A stretch of DNA of 64,000 bases from Acidobacteriota bacterium (GCA_020851565.1 JADZCN010000020.1:2187-66186); one strand, 5' to 3'; numbered from the stretch's first letter, positions 19,234 to 28,099 are shown. The notes: generated from the sequence alone by a model not told the origin. A program made the numbers and translations.

Positions 19234-20085
19234 ATGTCCGTGATGATGAGTCGTCGCCCCCCCAGCGACGGGGACTCGTCTCGGCCCGCGGCCCTTCCCC
19301 GCTGTTGCGCAGCCATTGGCGCGCAGCTGGTGGAGGCACGTTCGGCCCGGCAAGTCTCCGTCGAGGACGTTGCGTCGAAACTGATGCTCTCGCGGGGCCA
19401 GGTGATCGGCCTCGAGCAGGCGGATGCGTCGGCGTTCTACACGCACGCGTATTTCCTGAAGGCCCTGCGCAGGTACATGGCCTTCTTCGACGTGCCCGAG
19501 GATCTGCTCGACGAGGAGCCCGACGATGCGTTCGGCCTTCGCATGACGCTGGCGGAGCTGCCGCAGCGACGCGCGGCCACGATCGGCGGCGACTGGTCGC
19601 GTCGATGGCAGCCGGCAGCCGCCGTGGTCGCCATCGTGATCCTCGGCATCGGCGCCTACAAATTCGCCCCGATCACGCACGGCGGACCGGGTACCGACAC
19701 CCTGGCCGCGATCGAGCAGGCCGAACCCATTCCCGCGCAGCCCGTGGCCCTGACGGCCAGCGCGCCTCCGGCGGTGCGCGCGCTGCCCGCGTCGTCGGTG
19801 TTGAGCGATCCGCGTGGGGAGTCCACGGTGCGCGTCACGGTGGGCAAGCCCACCTGGATCTTCGTCCGCTACCCCGACAACCGGGTCGTCGAGCGGCGGC
19901 TCGAAGCGGGCGAGGAACTGGAAGTGGGGCCCCTGCCCGTGTATCTGGCCGTGGGGACCGCTGACTCGGTGGAGGTCCGTGTCGAGGACCGGCCCGTCGC
20001 GCTCGAGCCCTACATCCGTGACGGGCAGATCCGCATCACGCGGCCCGAGCTGGCCCGACTGGCGCCGAACCGGCTGCCGCAGTGA
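19234..20085 (+). CDS. RodZ-like protein (XRE-type HTH + TM + DUF4115-like domain)
   Basis: HTH IGAQLVEARSARQVSVEDVASKLMLSRGQVIGLEQ, TM AAAVVAIVILGIGAY, C-terminal TVRVTVGKPTWIFVRY...LEAGEELEV. A TAGAAT box at 19230-19235 suggests the true start may be ATG 19243/19246. Confidence 0.75.
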   Translation: MSVMMSRRPPSDGDSSRPAALPRCCAAIGAQLVEARSARQVSVEDVASKLMLSRGQVIGLEQADASAFYTHAYFLKALRRYMAFFDVPEDLLDEEPDDAFGLRMTLAELPQRRAATIGGDWSRRWQPAAAVVAIVILGIGAYKFAPITHGGPGTDTLAAIEQAEPIPAQPVALTASAPPAVRALPASSVLSDPRGESTVRVTVGKPTWIFVRYPDNRVVERRLEAGEELEVGPLPVYLAVGTADSVEVRVEDRPVALEPYIRDGQIRITRPELARLAPNRLPQ

Positions 20086-20135
20086 GAACACACAAGGCAG
20101 AAGGTACAAGACAGAGAGCACAGGGCAGTAGGCAT
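20086..20135. repeat. purine-rich low-complexity spacer (ACAAGRCAG-like words)
   Basis: gaacacacaaggcagaaggtacaagacagagagcacagggcagtaggc. Unusually low GC and A/G-rich for this sequence. Confidence 0.6.
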
Positions 20136-20151
20136 TAGCCGGAAATCAAGA

Positions 20152-21879
20152 ATGAGAAGTGACATGAAGATGCGTTTGAACCAGGTATCCGTGTGCGCCG
20201 CAATGGCGCTCCTGGCCGGCTGCAGCAGCCAGCCGCAGGTTGAACCCGCCAGCCTCGTGCTCCGCAACGGCATCATCGTCACGGTCGAGGCGAGCCAGCC
20301 GAAGGTGCAGGCCCTCGCCGTGCGCGGGGATCGAATTGTGGCTCTCGGCACGAACGACGAGATCCAGCCATACGTGGGGCCGGAGACGAACGTCATCGAT
20401 CTGGCGGGCCAGACCGCCGTGCCCGGGTTCATCGAATCGCACGGGCATTTCATGGGCCTCGGGCAGTCGCGCATGGTGCTCGACCTGATGGACGTGAAGA
20501 GCTTCGACGAGATCGTCCAGCTGGTGGCCGAGGCGGTGAAGACGGCGAAGCCGGGCCAATGGATCCAGGGACGTGGATGGCACCAGGAGAAGTGGACCTC
20601 GGTGCCCTCGCCCAACGTGGAGGGCTTCCCCGTTCACGACGCGCTCAGCAAGGTCTCACCCGACAATCCGGTGATCCTCGAGCACGCGAGCGGCCACGCG
20701 GTGTACGCGAACGCGAAGGCCATGGAGCTGGCCGGCGTGACGGCGCGTACGCCGAACCCGCCCGGCGGCGAGATCCTGAAGGACCGGGCCGGGCGGCCCA
20801 TCGGGGTGTTCCGCGAAACGGCATCGGGGCTGGTCGAAAAGGCGCTCGACGTCTGGCAGGCGGCAAAGACGCCCGAGGAGCGCGCGGCCGACGCGCGTCG
20901 GCAGATCGAGCTCGCCACGGAGGAGGCCTTCTCGAAGGGCGTGACCAGCTTCCAGGACTCGGGCTCGAGTCTCGACACCGTGGCCCTTTTCAAGCAGGTG
21001 GCCAGCGAAGGCCAGATGGGCATCCGACTGTGGGTGATGGTGCGCGACACCAACGAGCGGCTGCGCGAGCGGCTGGCGAAGGAGAAGGTGGTGGGCATGG
21101 CCGATAACCACCTGACGGTGGCGGCCATCAAGGTCACCGCCGACGGCGCGCTCGGCTCGCGCGGCGCGTGGCTGCTGGAGCCGTACGCCGACTCGCCCGG
21201 CAGCACCGGCCTGAACACCACGCCGATGGCGAGTATCGAGGAGACGGCGAAGATCGCGGCCGAGACCGGCACGCAGCTCTGCATCCACGCCATTGGCGAC
21301 CGCGCCAATCGCGAGGTGCTGAACGTCTACGAGGCGACGTTCAAGGCCAATCCGGACAAGAAGGACCTGCGGTGGCGCATCGAGCACGCGCAGCACCTCA
21401 ACGCGGCCGACATCCCGCGCTTCGGCCAGCTGGGCGTCATCGCCGCCATGCAGGGCATCCACTGCACGTCGGACGCGCCGTACGTGACGGCGCGCCTGGG
21501 TGCCGCCCGCGCCGAGGAAGGCGCCTACGTCTGGCAGAAGCTGATGAAATCCGGCGCCATCATCGCCAACGGCACCGACACGCCGGTGGAGCGCGTGGAC
21601 CCCATCGCCAGCTACTATGCCAGCGTGACGCGGAAGGCCGCCGACGGCACCGTGTTCCACGGCGACCAGAAGATGTCGCGCGAAGAGGCGCTCAAGTCGT
21701 ACACGTGGAATGCAGCGTACGCGGCGAAGGAAGAGACGCTGAAGGGCTCGCTGGCCGTGGGCAAGCTGGCCGACATCGCCGTGCTCTCGAAGGACATCCT
21801 CACGGTGCCGGACGACGAGGTTCCCACTACGAAGGTGACCCGCACGATCGTGGGTGGGAAGGTGGTGTACGGGCAGTAG
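20152..21879 (+). CDS. amidohydrolase family protein (YtcJ-like), lipoprotein
   Basis: Lipobox AMALLAGCSS. Metal motif PGFIESHGHF. 575 aa. Confidence 0.85.
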   Translation: MRSDMKMRLNQVSVCAAMALLAGCSSQPQVEPASLVLRNGIIVTVEASQPKVQALAVRGDRIVALGTNDEIQPYVGPETNVIDLAGQTAVPGFIESHGHFMGLGQSRMVLDLMDVKSFDEIVQLVAEAVKTAKPGQWIQGRGWHQEKWTSVPSPNVEGFPVHDALSKVSPDNPVILEHASGHAVYANAKAMELAGVTARTPNPPGGEILKDRAGRPIGVFRETASGLVEKALDVWQAAKTPEERAADARRQIELATEEAFSKGVTSFQDSGSSLDTVALFKQVASEGQMGIRLWVMVRDTNERLRERLAKEKVVGMADNHLTVAAIKVTADGALGSRGAWLLEPYADSPGSTGLNTTPMASIEETAKIAAETGTQLCIHAIGDRANREVLNVYEATFKANPDKKDLRWRIEHAQHLNAADIPRFGQLGVIAAMQGIHCTSDAPYVTARLGAARAEEGAYVWQKLMKSGAIIANGTDTPVERVDPIASYYASVTRKAADGTVFHGDQKMSREEALKSYTWNAAYAAKEETLKGSLAVGKLADIAVLSKDILTVPDDEVPTTKVTRTIVGGKVVYGQ

Positions 21880-21950
21880 GTTCAAAGCCCAGGGGTTCAA
21901 AGCACGGGAGTTCAAAGCACGTGGGTTCCAAGCCCGTGGTTCGAAGCACG
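21879..21950. repeat. 14-mer GGTTCRAAGCMCG tandem array (5 units)
   Basis: ggttcaaagcccag gggttcaaagcacg ggagttcaaagcacg tgggttccaagcccg tggttcgaagcacg fills the gap from the stop at 21877-21879 to the ATG at 21951. The reverse complement family is at 46908-46960. Confidence 0.9.
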
Positions 21951-22964
21951 ATGGGTGATCTGCCCCGCTATCCGCTGGCGACGCTGCCAACGCCCATCAC
22001 CGATGCCGTGCGGCTGCGCGACGCGCTGGGCGGGCCGGCGCGGTGCCCGCGCATCCTCATCAAGCGGGACGATTTGACCGGGCTCGGGCTGGGCGGCAAC
22101 AAGGCGCGCAAGCTCGAGTACCTCATCGCCGACGCGTTGGCCCTGGGCGCGCACACCGTGATCACCACCGGCGCCGTGCAGTCGAATCACGCCAGGATGA
22201 CGGCGGCGGCGGCGTGCATCGCCGGCCTCAGGTGCGTGCTCGTGCTGACATCGCGCTACGAGGTGCCAGCTCTCGAAGGCAACCTGCTGCTCGATCGGCT
22301 GTTCGGGGCGGAGGTCCGCTTCGTCCCGGCCGAGGATCCGATGCTGGCCGTCGGGCGGGACGAGGAAATGGTGGCCGAGGTGGTGCGCGAGGAAGCCGCC
22401 GCGGGTCGCCTGGCGTATGTGATCCCCGTCGGCGGGTCGAGCGCCGTCGGGGCGCTGGGCTACGTGTCGGGGACGGCGGAGCTGGTCGGCCAGCTGCGTG
22501 ACATGGGTGTCGCGCCGACGCGGCTCTACTTCGGCAGCGGCTCCCGCGGCACGCAGGCGGGCCTGACGCTGGGCGCCAGGCTGAGCCACGCGACTTACAA
22601 GCTGTGGGGCGTAGCCGTGAGCGCGGGCGAGCCCGAGAAGATCGAGCGCGCGAAGAAGGCCGCCAACGACGCGGCGGCGCTGCTCGGCGTCGAGGCGCGC
22701 GTGGATCGCGAGGACCTCTTCACCGACCAGGGCTTCATCGGCGAGGGCTACGGCATCCCCACGCCTGCGGGGCTGGAGGCCATCGACCTGGTCGCCCGCA
22801 CCGAGGCGATCCTCCTGGATCCGGTCTACACGTCGAAGGGCTTCTCGGCGCTCGTGCGGCACGTGCGCGACGGGGACATCCCGCCCACCGACACCATCGT
22901 GTTCCTGCACACCGGCGGCGTGCCGGCGCTCTTCACGCGCGAGTTCGTCGCGACGCGAGCGTAG
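21951..22964 (+). CDS. D-cysteine desulfhydrase / ACC deaminase family PLP enzyme
   Basis: ATG 21951 (MGDLPRYPLATLPTPI). PLP-lysine motif GGNKARKLEYL. 337 aa. Confidence 0.85.
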   Translation: MGDLPRYPLATLPTPITDAVRLRDALGGPARCPRILIKRDDLTGLGLGGNKARKLEYLIADALALGAHTVITTGAVQSNHARMTAAAACIAGLRCVLVLTSRYEVPALEGNLLLDRLFGAEVRFVPAEDPMLAVGRDEEMVAEVVREEAAAGRLAYVIPVGGSSAVGALGYVSGTAELVGQLRDMGVAPTRLYFGSGSRGTQAGLTLGARLSHATYKLWGVAVSAGEPEKIERAKKAANDAAALLGVEARVDREDLFTDQGFIGEGYGIPTPAGLEAIDLVARTEAILLDPVYTSKGFSALVRHVRDGDIPPTDTIVFLHTGGVPALFTREFVATRA

Positions 22965-23017
22965 CGAGTCACCGGAACACGAAGAGCACGAAGATCCCCC
23001 GAGGGCGATCTACGCGC

Positions 23018-23045
23018 TTGACTATGTAATCAAATTGATTATAGT
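23018..23045 (+). promoter_or_regulatory. sigma70-like promoter of padR-ADOP operon
   Basis: TTGACT (23018-23023), 16 nt, TATAGT (23040-23045) in a sharp AT-rich island. ATG is at 23060 with no obvious SD. Confidence 0.6.
23027..23041. promoter_or_regulatory. 15-bp perfect palindrome, candidate PadR operator
   Basis: TAATCAA-A-TTGATTA sits between the -35 and -10 boxes. Confidence 0.5.
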
Positions 23046-23059
23046 CGACTCAATCAGAC

Positions 23060-23425
23060 ATGGCCTCCACCCGCCACGCCGTTGAACGCCTCCTTCCGCT
23101 CCGGCCGGTCGTGTTCCAGGTGCTGCTCTCGCTGCTCGACGCCGAGATGCACGGCTATGCCCTGGTGCAGGACATCGCCAGGCGCACCGCGGCCGGCATC
23201 GAGCTCGAGCCCGGCAACCTCTACCGGCACCTGAAGTTCATGCTCGATGCCGGGCTCATCGAGGAGTCGGAACGCCGTCCGGTCGCGGGCCGGGACGATG
23301 AGCGGCGCCGGTACTACCGGATTACGACGCTCGGAAGGTCGGCGGCATCGGAGGAGGCCCGCCGCCTCGAGGGCGTCCTGGCCGACGCGCGCGCCCGCCT
23401 GGCGCGATCGCAGGGAACCCGGTGA
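23060..23425 (+). CDS. PadR family transcriptional regulator
   Basis: FQVLLSLLDAEMHGYALVQDI...GNLYRHLKFMLDAGLIEE...RRYYRITTLG. 121 aa. Confidence 0.9.
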   Translation: MASTRHAVERLLPLRPVVFQVLLSLLDAEMHGYALVQDIARRTAAGIELEPGNLYRHLKFMLDAGLIEESERRPVAGRDDERRRYYRITTLGRSAASEEARRLEGVLADARARLARSQGTR

Positions 23426-26109
23426 TGCCCCCGCGGCCGTCGCGCGCGGCTTCGGTGTACCGCCTCCTGCTACGCTGCTACCCGGCGTCGTTCCGCGCGC
23501 GGTTCGAACGTGATCTGACCGAGCTGTTCGACGATCTGCACGGCGCCGCCCCTCGCCCACGACTCTTCTTCTGGCTACGCATCCTGCTCGGCACCGTGCG
23601 CCACGGCCTGGCCGAGCGCATCGCCGCCCGTGGCCAGCCTCGTCCCTTCGCGTCTCGCCCGGGGGATTCCGTCATGACCACCCTCGCCACCGACCTGCGG
23701 CTGGCCTTCCGTACGATCCGTTCGCAGCCAGCGTTCGCGGCCACGGTCATCGCCACGATGGCTCTCGGCATCGGCGTCACCTCCGCGATGTTCACGGTGG
23801 TGAACGCAGTCCTGCTCCGGCCACTCCCGTACGAACGGCCCGAACAGGTGGTCATGCTCTTCGAACGGGATCCACGCGGTGCGACGGCCCAGGTCTCACT
23901 GCCGGCGTACGAGGACTGGCGGGCGCGGCTGGCCACATTCAGTTCCCTGGCCACGTTCGGGTCGCAGACGGCGAACCTCACCGGCGTGGGCGAGCCCGAC
24001 CGCTTGCGGGCCGCGTTCGTCTCGGCGGACTTCTTCAAGGTGCTCGGCGTATCGCCCCTCCTCGGCCGCGCCTTTGCGCCGGGCGAGGACCAACCCGGCG
24101 CGCGCGGCGTCACGGTGTTGCCCTACGGTGTGTGGACGCGACGCTTCGGCTCGGATCCCGCCATCCTCGGACGCACAATTACCCTGAACAACGCGCCGTT
24201 CGAGGTGATCGGGATCCTGCCGCGCTCGTTCGAGTTCCCGTTCGACGAGATCGAGGCGTATCTGCCGGCAGCCGCGTCGCCCGAGTACGCCACGCTGACC
24301 GGCCGTGCGACCCGTCCCGGCCTCCCGGCCTCCGCGCGCGAGCGCCGCTCCCTGTTCGTCTTCGGACGCATCGTGGACGGCGTCTCGGTGGATGCCGCAT
24401 CGGCCGAGCTGCGCCGGGTGTCGGAGCAGTTCGCCGCGGAATCCCCGGGCACCAGCACCGGATGGTCCGCAGAGATCGCGCCGTTCCACTCGGTCGCCGT
24501 CCGGCTGGTCCGGACCCCGCTCCAGGTGCTCATGGGGGCGGTCACGCTGGTTCTGCTGATCGCGTGCGCCAACGTGGCGAACCTGACGCTGGCCCGCGGG
24601 ACGGCTCGCGCGCGCGACATGGCCGTGCGCGCCGCGCTCGGCGCCGGCCGGCGCCGCCTCGCGGCTCAGCTGCTCACCGAGAGCCTTGTCCTCGCGTTGG
24701 CGGGTGGGACCCTCGGCCTGCTGCTCGGCGCTGCGCTCACCGAGGGGCTGCTGGCGCTTGCTCCGCCGCTGCCGCGAGGGGCAACGATCGGCCCCGATCC
24801 CCTGGTGCTGGCCTTTACCGCCGTGGTGTCGATTGTCACCGGGCTGCTCTTCGGTGTCGTACCCGCCCTTCGTGGCTCGCGGGTGCCGATTCGCGAGAGC
24901 CTCCAGGAAGGGAGCCGCTCCACCGACGCGAGACGCGGGCGGCTCCGACAGGCGCTGGTCGTCGCCGAGCTCGCGCTGTCGCTGGTCCTGCTGGTCGGCG
25001 CGGGCCTGCTCGCCAGGAGCCTGACGCAGATGGTGCGCACCGACCTCGGGTTCACGGCCGAAGGGGTTCTCACGCTGGAGTATCGGCTGCCGCGGAACAA
25101 GTACGCCGAGGCGCCACAGCAATGGGATGTCCACCGGCGCATCCTCGAGCGGGTGGCGAACGTGCCGGGCATCGAACGGGCCGCCCTCGCGAGCGCGATT
25201 CCGTTCAGCGGGAACGGCAACCGCGTCCCCGTCTGGCGCGCGGAGGATCCGGAGCCGGACAAGGGCGCCGCCACGGTCGTGATGGCCGTCTCCGTGACCG
25301 ACGACTACTTCGCGGCCATGGAAATCCCTGTCCTCGCCGGCCGCACCTGCAGCCAGGGCGACGCGGTCAACTCGCCGCTCGCGGTGATGGTGAATCGACA
25401 GCTCGCGGATCGAATGTGGCCCGGCCAATCCGCCATCGGCCGGCGGCTGCGGGCCACCGGGGTGCCAGGCGAGGGCGTGGTGGTGGGCCTGGTCGGCGAC
25501 ACCATCCACGCCGGGTACCGCGCCGGCTTGGGCCCGCAGCTCTACGCCTGCTTCGCGCAGAGCCCGCAGGTCTTCGCCACCATGGTGGCCCGCACGACGG
25601 GCGAGCCCATGGCGTCGGCGCGGGCCGTCCAACAGGCGGTCTGGACGATCGACCCCGACCAGCCGATGTGGAAGATTCGATCCCTCGCGTCCATGGTGGC
25701 GTCAGGTGCCGATCGCGAGCGGCTGCTGGCCACGCTGATGACGGCGGCGGCCCTCCTGGCGCTCGTGCTCGCGGCGCTGGGCGTCTACGGAGTGGTGAGC
25801 TACTCGGTCACGCGTCGCGCTCGCGAGGTGAGCGTGCGCATGGCCCTGGGCGCGTCGCGGTGGTCGATTCTCGGGATGGTCCTGCGGGAAACGGCGGCCG
25901 TCGTCGCCCTCGGGCTGTCGCTCGGCGTCCTGGGTTCGCTGGCGTCGTCACGCGTGATTGCCGGCCAGCTGCACGAGGTGAAGCCGGACGACGCCGGAAC
26001 GATCATCGTTACGGGCGTCGTCCTTGCGGTTGCGGCGCTGGTGGCGGCCGCGCTCCCGGCCGCGCGGGCTGCGTCGGCCGACCCGGTGGCCAGCCTGCGG
26101 CTCGAGTAG
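23422..26109 (+). CDS. ADOP family duplicated MacB-like ABC permease (with N-terminal permease-prefix region)
   Basis: GTGATG start overlaps the padR stop. ~90-aa prefix, then DLRLAFRTIRSQPAFAATVIATMALGIG and two MacB_PCD+FtsX halves. 895 aa. No ATPase gene adjacent. Confidence 0.9.
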   Translation: MMPPRPSRAASVYRLLLRCYPASFRARFERDLTELFDDLHGAAPRPRLFFWLRILLGTVRHGLAERIAARGQPRPFASRPGDSVMTTLATDLRLAFRTIRSQPAFAATVIATMALGIGVTSAMFTVVNAVLLRPLPYERPEQVVMLFERDPRGATAQVSLPAYEDWRARLATFSSLATFGSQTANLTGVGEPDRLRAAFVSADFFKVLGVSPLLGRAFAPGEDQPGARGVTVLPYGVWTRRFGSDPAILGRTITLNNAPFEVIGILPRSFEFPFDEIEAYLPAAASPEYATLTGRATRPGLPASARERRSLFVFGRIVDGVSVDAASAELRRVSEQFAAESPGTSTGWSAEIAPFHSVAVRLVRTPLQVLMGAVTLVLLIACANVANLTLARGTARARDMAVRAALGAGRRRLAAQLLTESLVLALAGGTLGLLLGAALTEGLLALAPPLPRGATIGPDPLVLAFTAVVSIVTGLLFGVVPALRGSRVPIRESLQEGSRSTDARRGRLRQALVVAELALSLVLLVGAGLLARSLTQMVRTDLGFTAEGVLTLEYRLPRNKYAEAPQQWDVHRRILERVANVPGIERAALASAIPFSGNGNRVPVWRAEDPEPDKGAATVVMAVSVTDDYFAAMEIPVLAGRTCSQGDAVNSPLAVMVNRQLADRMWPGQSAIGRRLRATGVPGEGVVVGLVGDTIHAGYRAGLGPQLYACFAQSPQVFATMVARTTGEPMASARAVQQAVWTIDPDQPMWKIRSLASMVASGADRERLLATLMTAAALLALVLAALGVYGVVSYSVTRRAREVSVRMALGASRWSILGMVLRETAAVVALGLSLGVLGSLASSRVIAGQLHEVKPDDAGTIIVTGVVLAVAALVAAALPAARAASADPVASLRLE

Positions 26110-26121
26110 GGCTGGCCTCGG

Positions 26122-26370
26122 CTATTTCAGCACGCCAACCGCCTTCAGCAGCGCAATCAGGATGCAGGCGCCGACAATGGCGATGATGACGCTCACGATG
26201 GCGTTGGTCGCCACAATCCCGAGCAGTCCCGCCAGCCACGTGCCGATCCATGCCCCGACCACCCCGACCAGGATGTTGGCAATGCTCCCCATCTGGGCGT
26301 TGGTCTTCATGACGATGCTGGCAAGCCAGCCGACGATGGCGCCGACGACGATGGTGATGATCAGGCCCAT
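26122..26370 (-). CDS. GlsB/YeaQ/YmgE family stress-response membrane protein
   Basis: 82 aa, three TM. GAIVGWLASIVM...GVVGAWIGTWLAG pattern. Confidence 0.85.
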   Translation of the reverse strand: MGLIITIVVGAIVGWLASIVMKTNAQMGSIANILVGVVGAWIGTWLAGLLGIVATNAIVSVIIAIVGACILIALLKAVGVLK

Positions 26371-26411
26371 GCGAATCCTCCTTGGGAGCGTCGGACGATG
26401 CGACTCCGGCG

Positions 26412-27851
26412 TCAGACGGCTGGAACCGCCGGTCGCGGCATCTTACCAGCCTCCGTCTCCTCCGGGGTGACCATGATCGCGCCGTTGTCGTTCGCGGCGA
26501 AGACCGCCAGGTCGGACTGGCCCAACAGGCGGCTCGTGACGGTGCCCGCCGTCATCGACCCGCTGACGTTGACGGCGGTGCGGCCCATGTCGATGAGCGG
26601 CTCCACCGAGATGAGCAGGCCTGCCAGCGCAACGGGCAGGTTCAGGGTGGAGAGCACCACGAGGGCGGCGAAGGTGGCGCCGCCGCCGACGCCCGCGATG
26701 CCCACCGAGCCGAGCGTGGCCACCGTCACCACCGACGCCATGAACGACAGCGACGTCGGGTCGATGCCCGCGCTCGGGGCGATCATCACGGCGAGCATCG
26801 CGGGATAGAGGCCCGCGCACGCGTTCTGGCCGATGGTCGCGCCAAAGCTGGCCGCGAAATTCGCAATGGCCGGCGACACCCCGAGGCGCGTGATCTGCGT
26901 CTCGACGCTGAGGGGAATGGCCGCGGCGCTCGAGCGGGACGTGAAGGCAAAGGTGAGCACGGGCCAGATCTTCTGGTAGAACCGCACCGGGCTCAGGCCC
27001 GTCAGCGCGAGGATGGCGGCGTGGACCAGGAGGATGACGCCCATCCCGATGTACGAGGCCACGACGAACCCGCCCAGGTTGATCACATCGTTCACGTTCG
27101 AGGTGGCCACGACCCGCGTCATCAAGGCGAGCACGCCGTAGGGCGTGAGGCGGATGACGATGCGCACGAGGCGCAGGATCAGCTGCTGGAACGTGTCGAT
27201 GCCGTGGAGAATGCGGTCGCCCAGCTCAGGCTTGTCGCGGCGGAGCGAGAGCACCGCCAGGCCCAGCAGGACCGCGAACACGACCACGCCGATCACGGAC
27301 GTGGATCGCGTGCCCGCCAGGTCCGCGAAGATGTTGGTCGGGATGAACGACTGCAGCAGGGAGGGGATGTTGAGCCGGGCCGCCTCGCTCACCTGCGCTT
27401 CGAGCGCCGTGCCGCGCTCGAGCTCCCGCGCGCCCTGGACGAGGCCATCCGCCCGGAGCCCGAAGAGCCGGGTCATGCCGATGCCGATGCTGGCCGAGAT
27501 GGCCGTCGTGACCAGGAGCAGGCCAATCACGCCGCCGCTGATGGCCCCGAGCGCCTTGGCGTTGCCCAGCTTCGTGACCGCCGCCAGGATGGAGATGAGC
27601 ACCAGCGGGGCGATGACCATCTGCAGCAGCCGCACGTAGCCGCCCCCGACGACATTCACCCAGGTCATCGTCCCCGTGACGGTGGCACTGCCGAGCCCGT
27701 AGATGCCCTGCACGGCAGCCCCGAGCACGACGCCGAGGACCACCGCGAGGAGCACGTTGGTGGAGAGCTTCGCGCCCGCCTTCGCCCGGCGGGCCAGCCA
27801 GGCGATGACGGCAGCGAACACGACCACATTGGCAAGCACTGCAAGGTTCAT
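26412..27851 (-). CDS. tcyP: L-cystine transporter-like cation symporter (DAACS family, TcyP/YdjN-like)
   Basis: Near-collinear with E. coli YdjN / B. subtilis TcyP as I recall them: WPVLTFAFTSRSSAAAIPL, FAASFGATIGQNACAGLYPAMLAVM, LLISVEPLIDMGRTAVNVSG. AGGAG lies 5 nt before the ATG. Confidence 0.8.
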   Translation of the reverse strand: MNLAVLANVVVFAAVIAWLARRAKAGAKLSTNVLLAVVLGVVLGAAVQGIYGLGSATVTGTMTWVNVVGGGYVRLLQMVIAPLVLISILAAVTKLGNAKALGAISGGVIGLLLVTTAISASIGIGMTRLFGLRADGLVQGARELERGTALEAQVSEAARLNIPSLLQSFIPTNIFADLAGTRSTSVIGVVVFAVLLGLAVLSLRRDKPELGDRILHGIDTFQQLILRLVRIVIRLTPYGVLALMTRVVATSNVNDVINLGGFVVASYIGMGVILLVHAAILALTGLSPVRFYQKIWPVLTFAFTSRSSAAAIPLSVETQITRLGVSPAIANFAASFGATIGQNACAGLYPAMLAVMIAPSAGIDPTSLSFMASVVTVATLGSVGIAGVGGGATFAALVVLSTLNLPVALAGLLISVEPLIDMGRTAVNVSGSMTAGTVTSRLLGQSDLAVFAANDNGAIMVTPEETEAGKMPRPAVPAV

Positions 27852-27865
27852 ACGCGCTCCTGCGA

Positions 27866-27902
27866 CGAAACGAAAACGGCCCTCCGTGAATCGGGAGGGC
27901 CG
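27866..27902 (-). terminator. intrinsic-terminator-like hairpin in the tcyP leader (attenuator 3:4 element)
   Basis: Minus strand: CGGCCCUCC-CGAUUCAC-GGAGGGCCG followed by UUUUCGUUUCG. It ends about 5 nt before the AGGAG RBS of the transporter. No upstream minus-strand gene for it to terminate. Confidence 0.55.
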
Positions 27903-27941
27903 GAAAGGTTGACGCGCATTGCTGTCACGAGTCCACGTGTC

Positions 27942-28022
27942 TCATGGCGTCGACGCTCCCGGCTTCCTGGACAGGAAGCCGCCGCAACAACAGCAGCCGA
28001 GGACGTGGAGACGGCAGGTCAT
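27942..28022 (-). CDS. candidate Cys-rich leader peptide (26 aa) of tcyP
   Basis: ATG ACC TGC CGT CTC CAC GTC CTC GGC TGC TGT TGT TGC GGC GGC TTC CTG TCC AGG AAG CCG GGA GCG TCG ACG CCA TGA = MTCRLHVLGCCCCGGFLSRKPGASTP. Weak SD. Too short for the ORF track. Confidence 0.4.
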   Translation of the reverse strand: MTCRLHVLGCCCCGGFLSRKPGASTP

Positions 28023-28070
28023 GGAAGCTCTGGCGCGGCCCCGGAACCGGAGTGCCGCGATTCGTCGGGC

Positions 28071-28099
28071 AGTCTAGCCCACTTACCCTGAGATGTCGA
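28071..28099 (-). promoter_or_regulatory. sigma70-like promoter for the tcyP leader
   Basis: Minus strand TCGACA (28099-28094), 17 nt, TAGACT (28076-28071). Predicts a leader of roughly 210 nt. Confidence 0.45.

Noticed and set aside
21879-21950. GGTTCGAAGC / GGTTCAAAGC words resemble a tRNA T-arm (GGTTCGAATCC), so a tRNA gene or tRNA-derived element was considered
   Set aside because: The motif is tandemly repeated every 14 nt. No acceptor, D or anticodon arm can be drawn around any copy. I found no tRNA or rRNA anywhere in the window.
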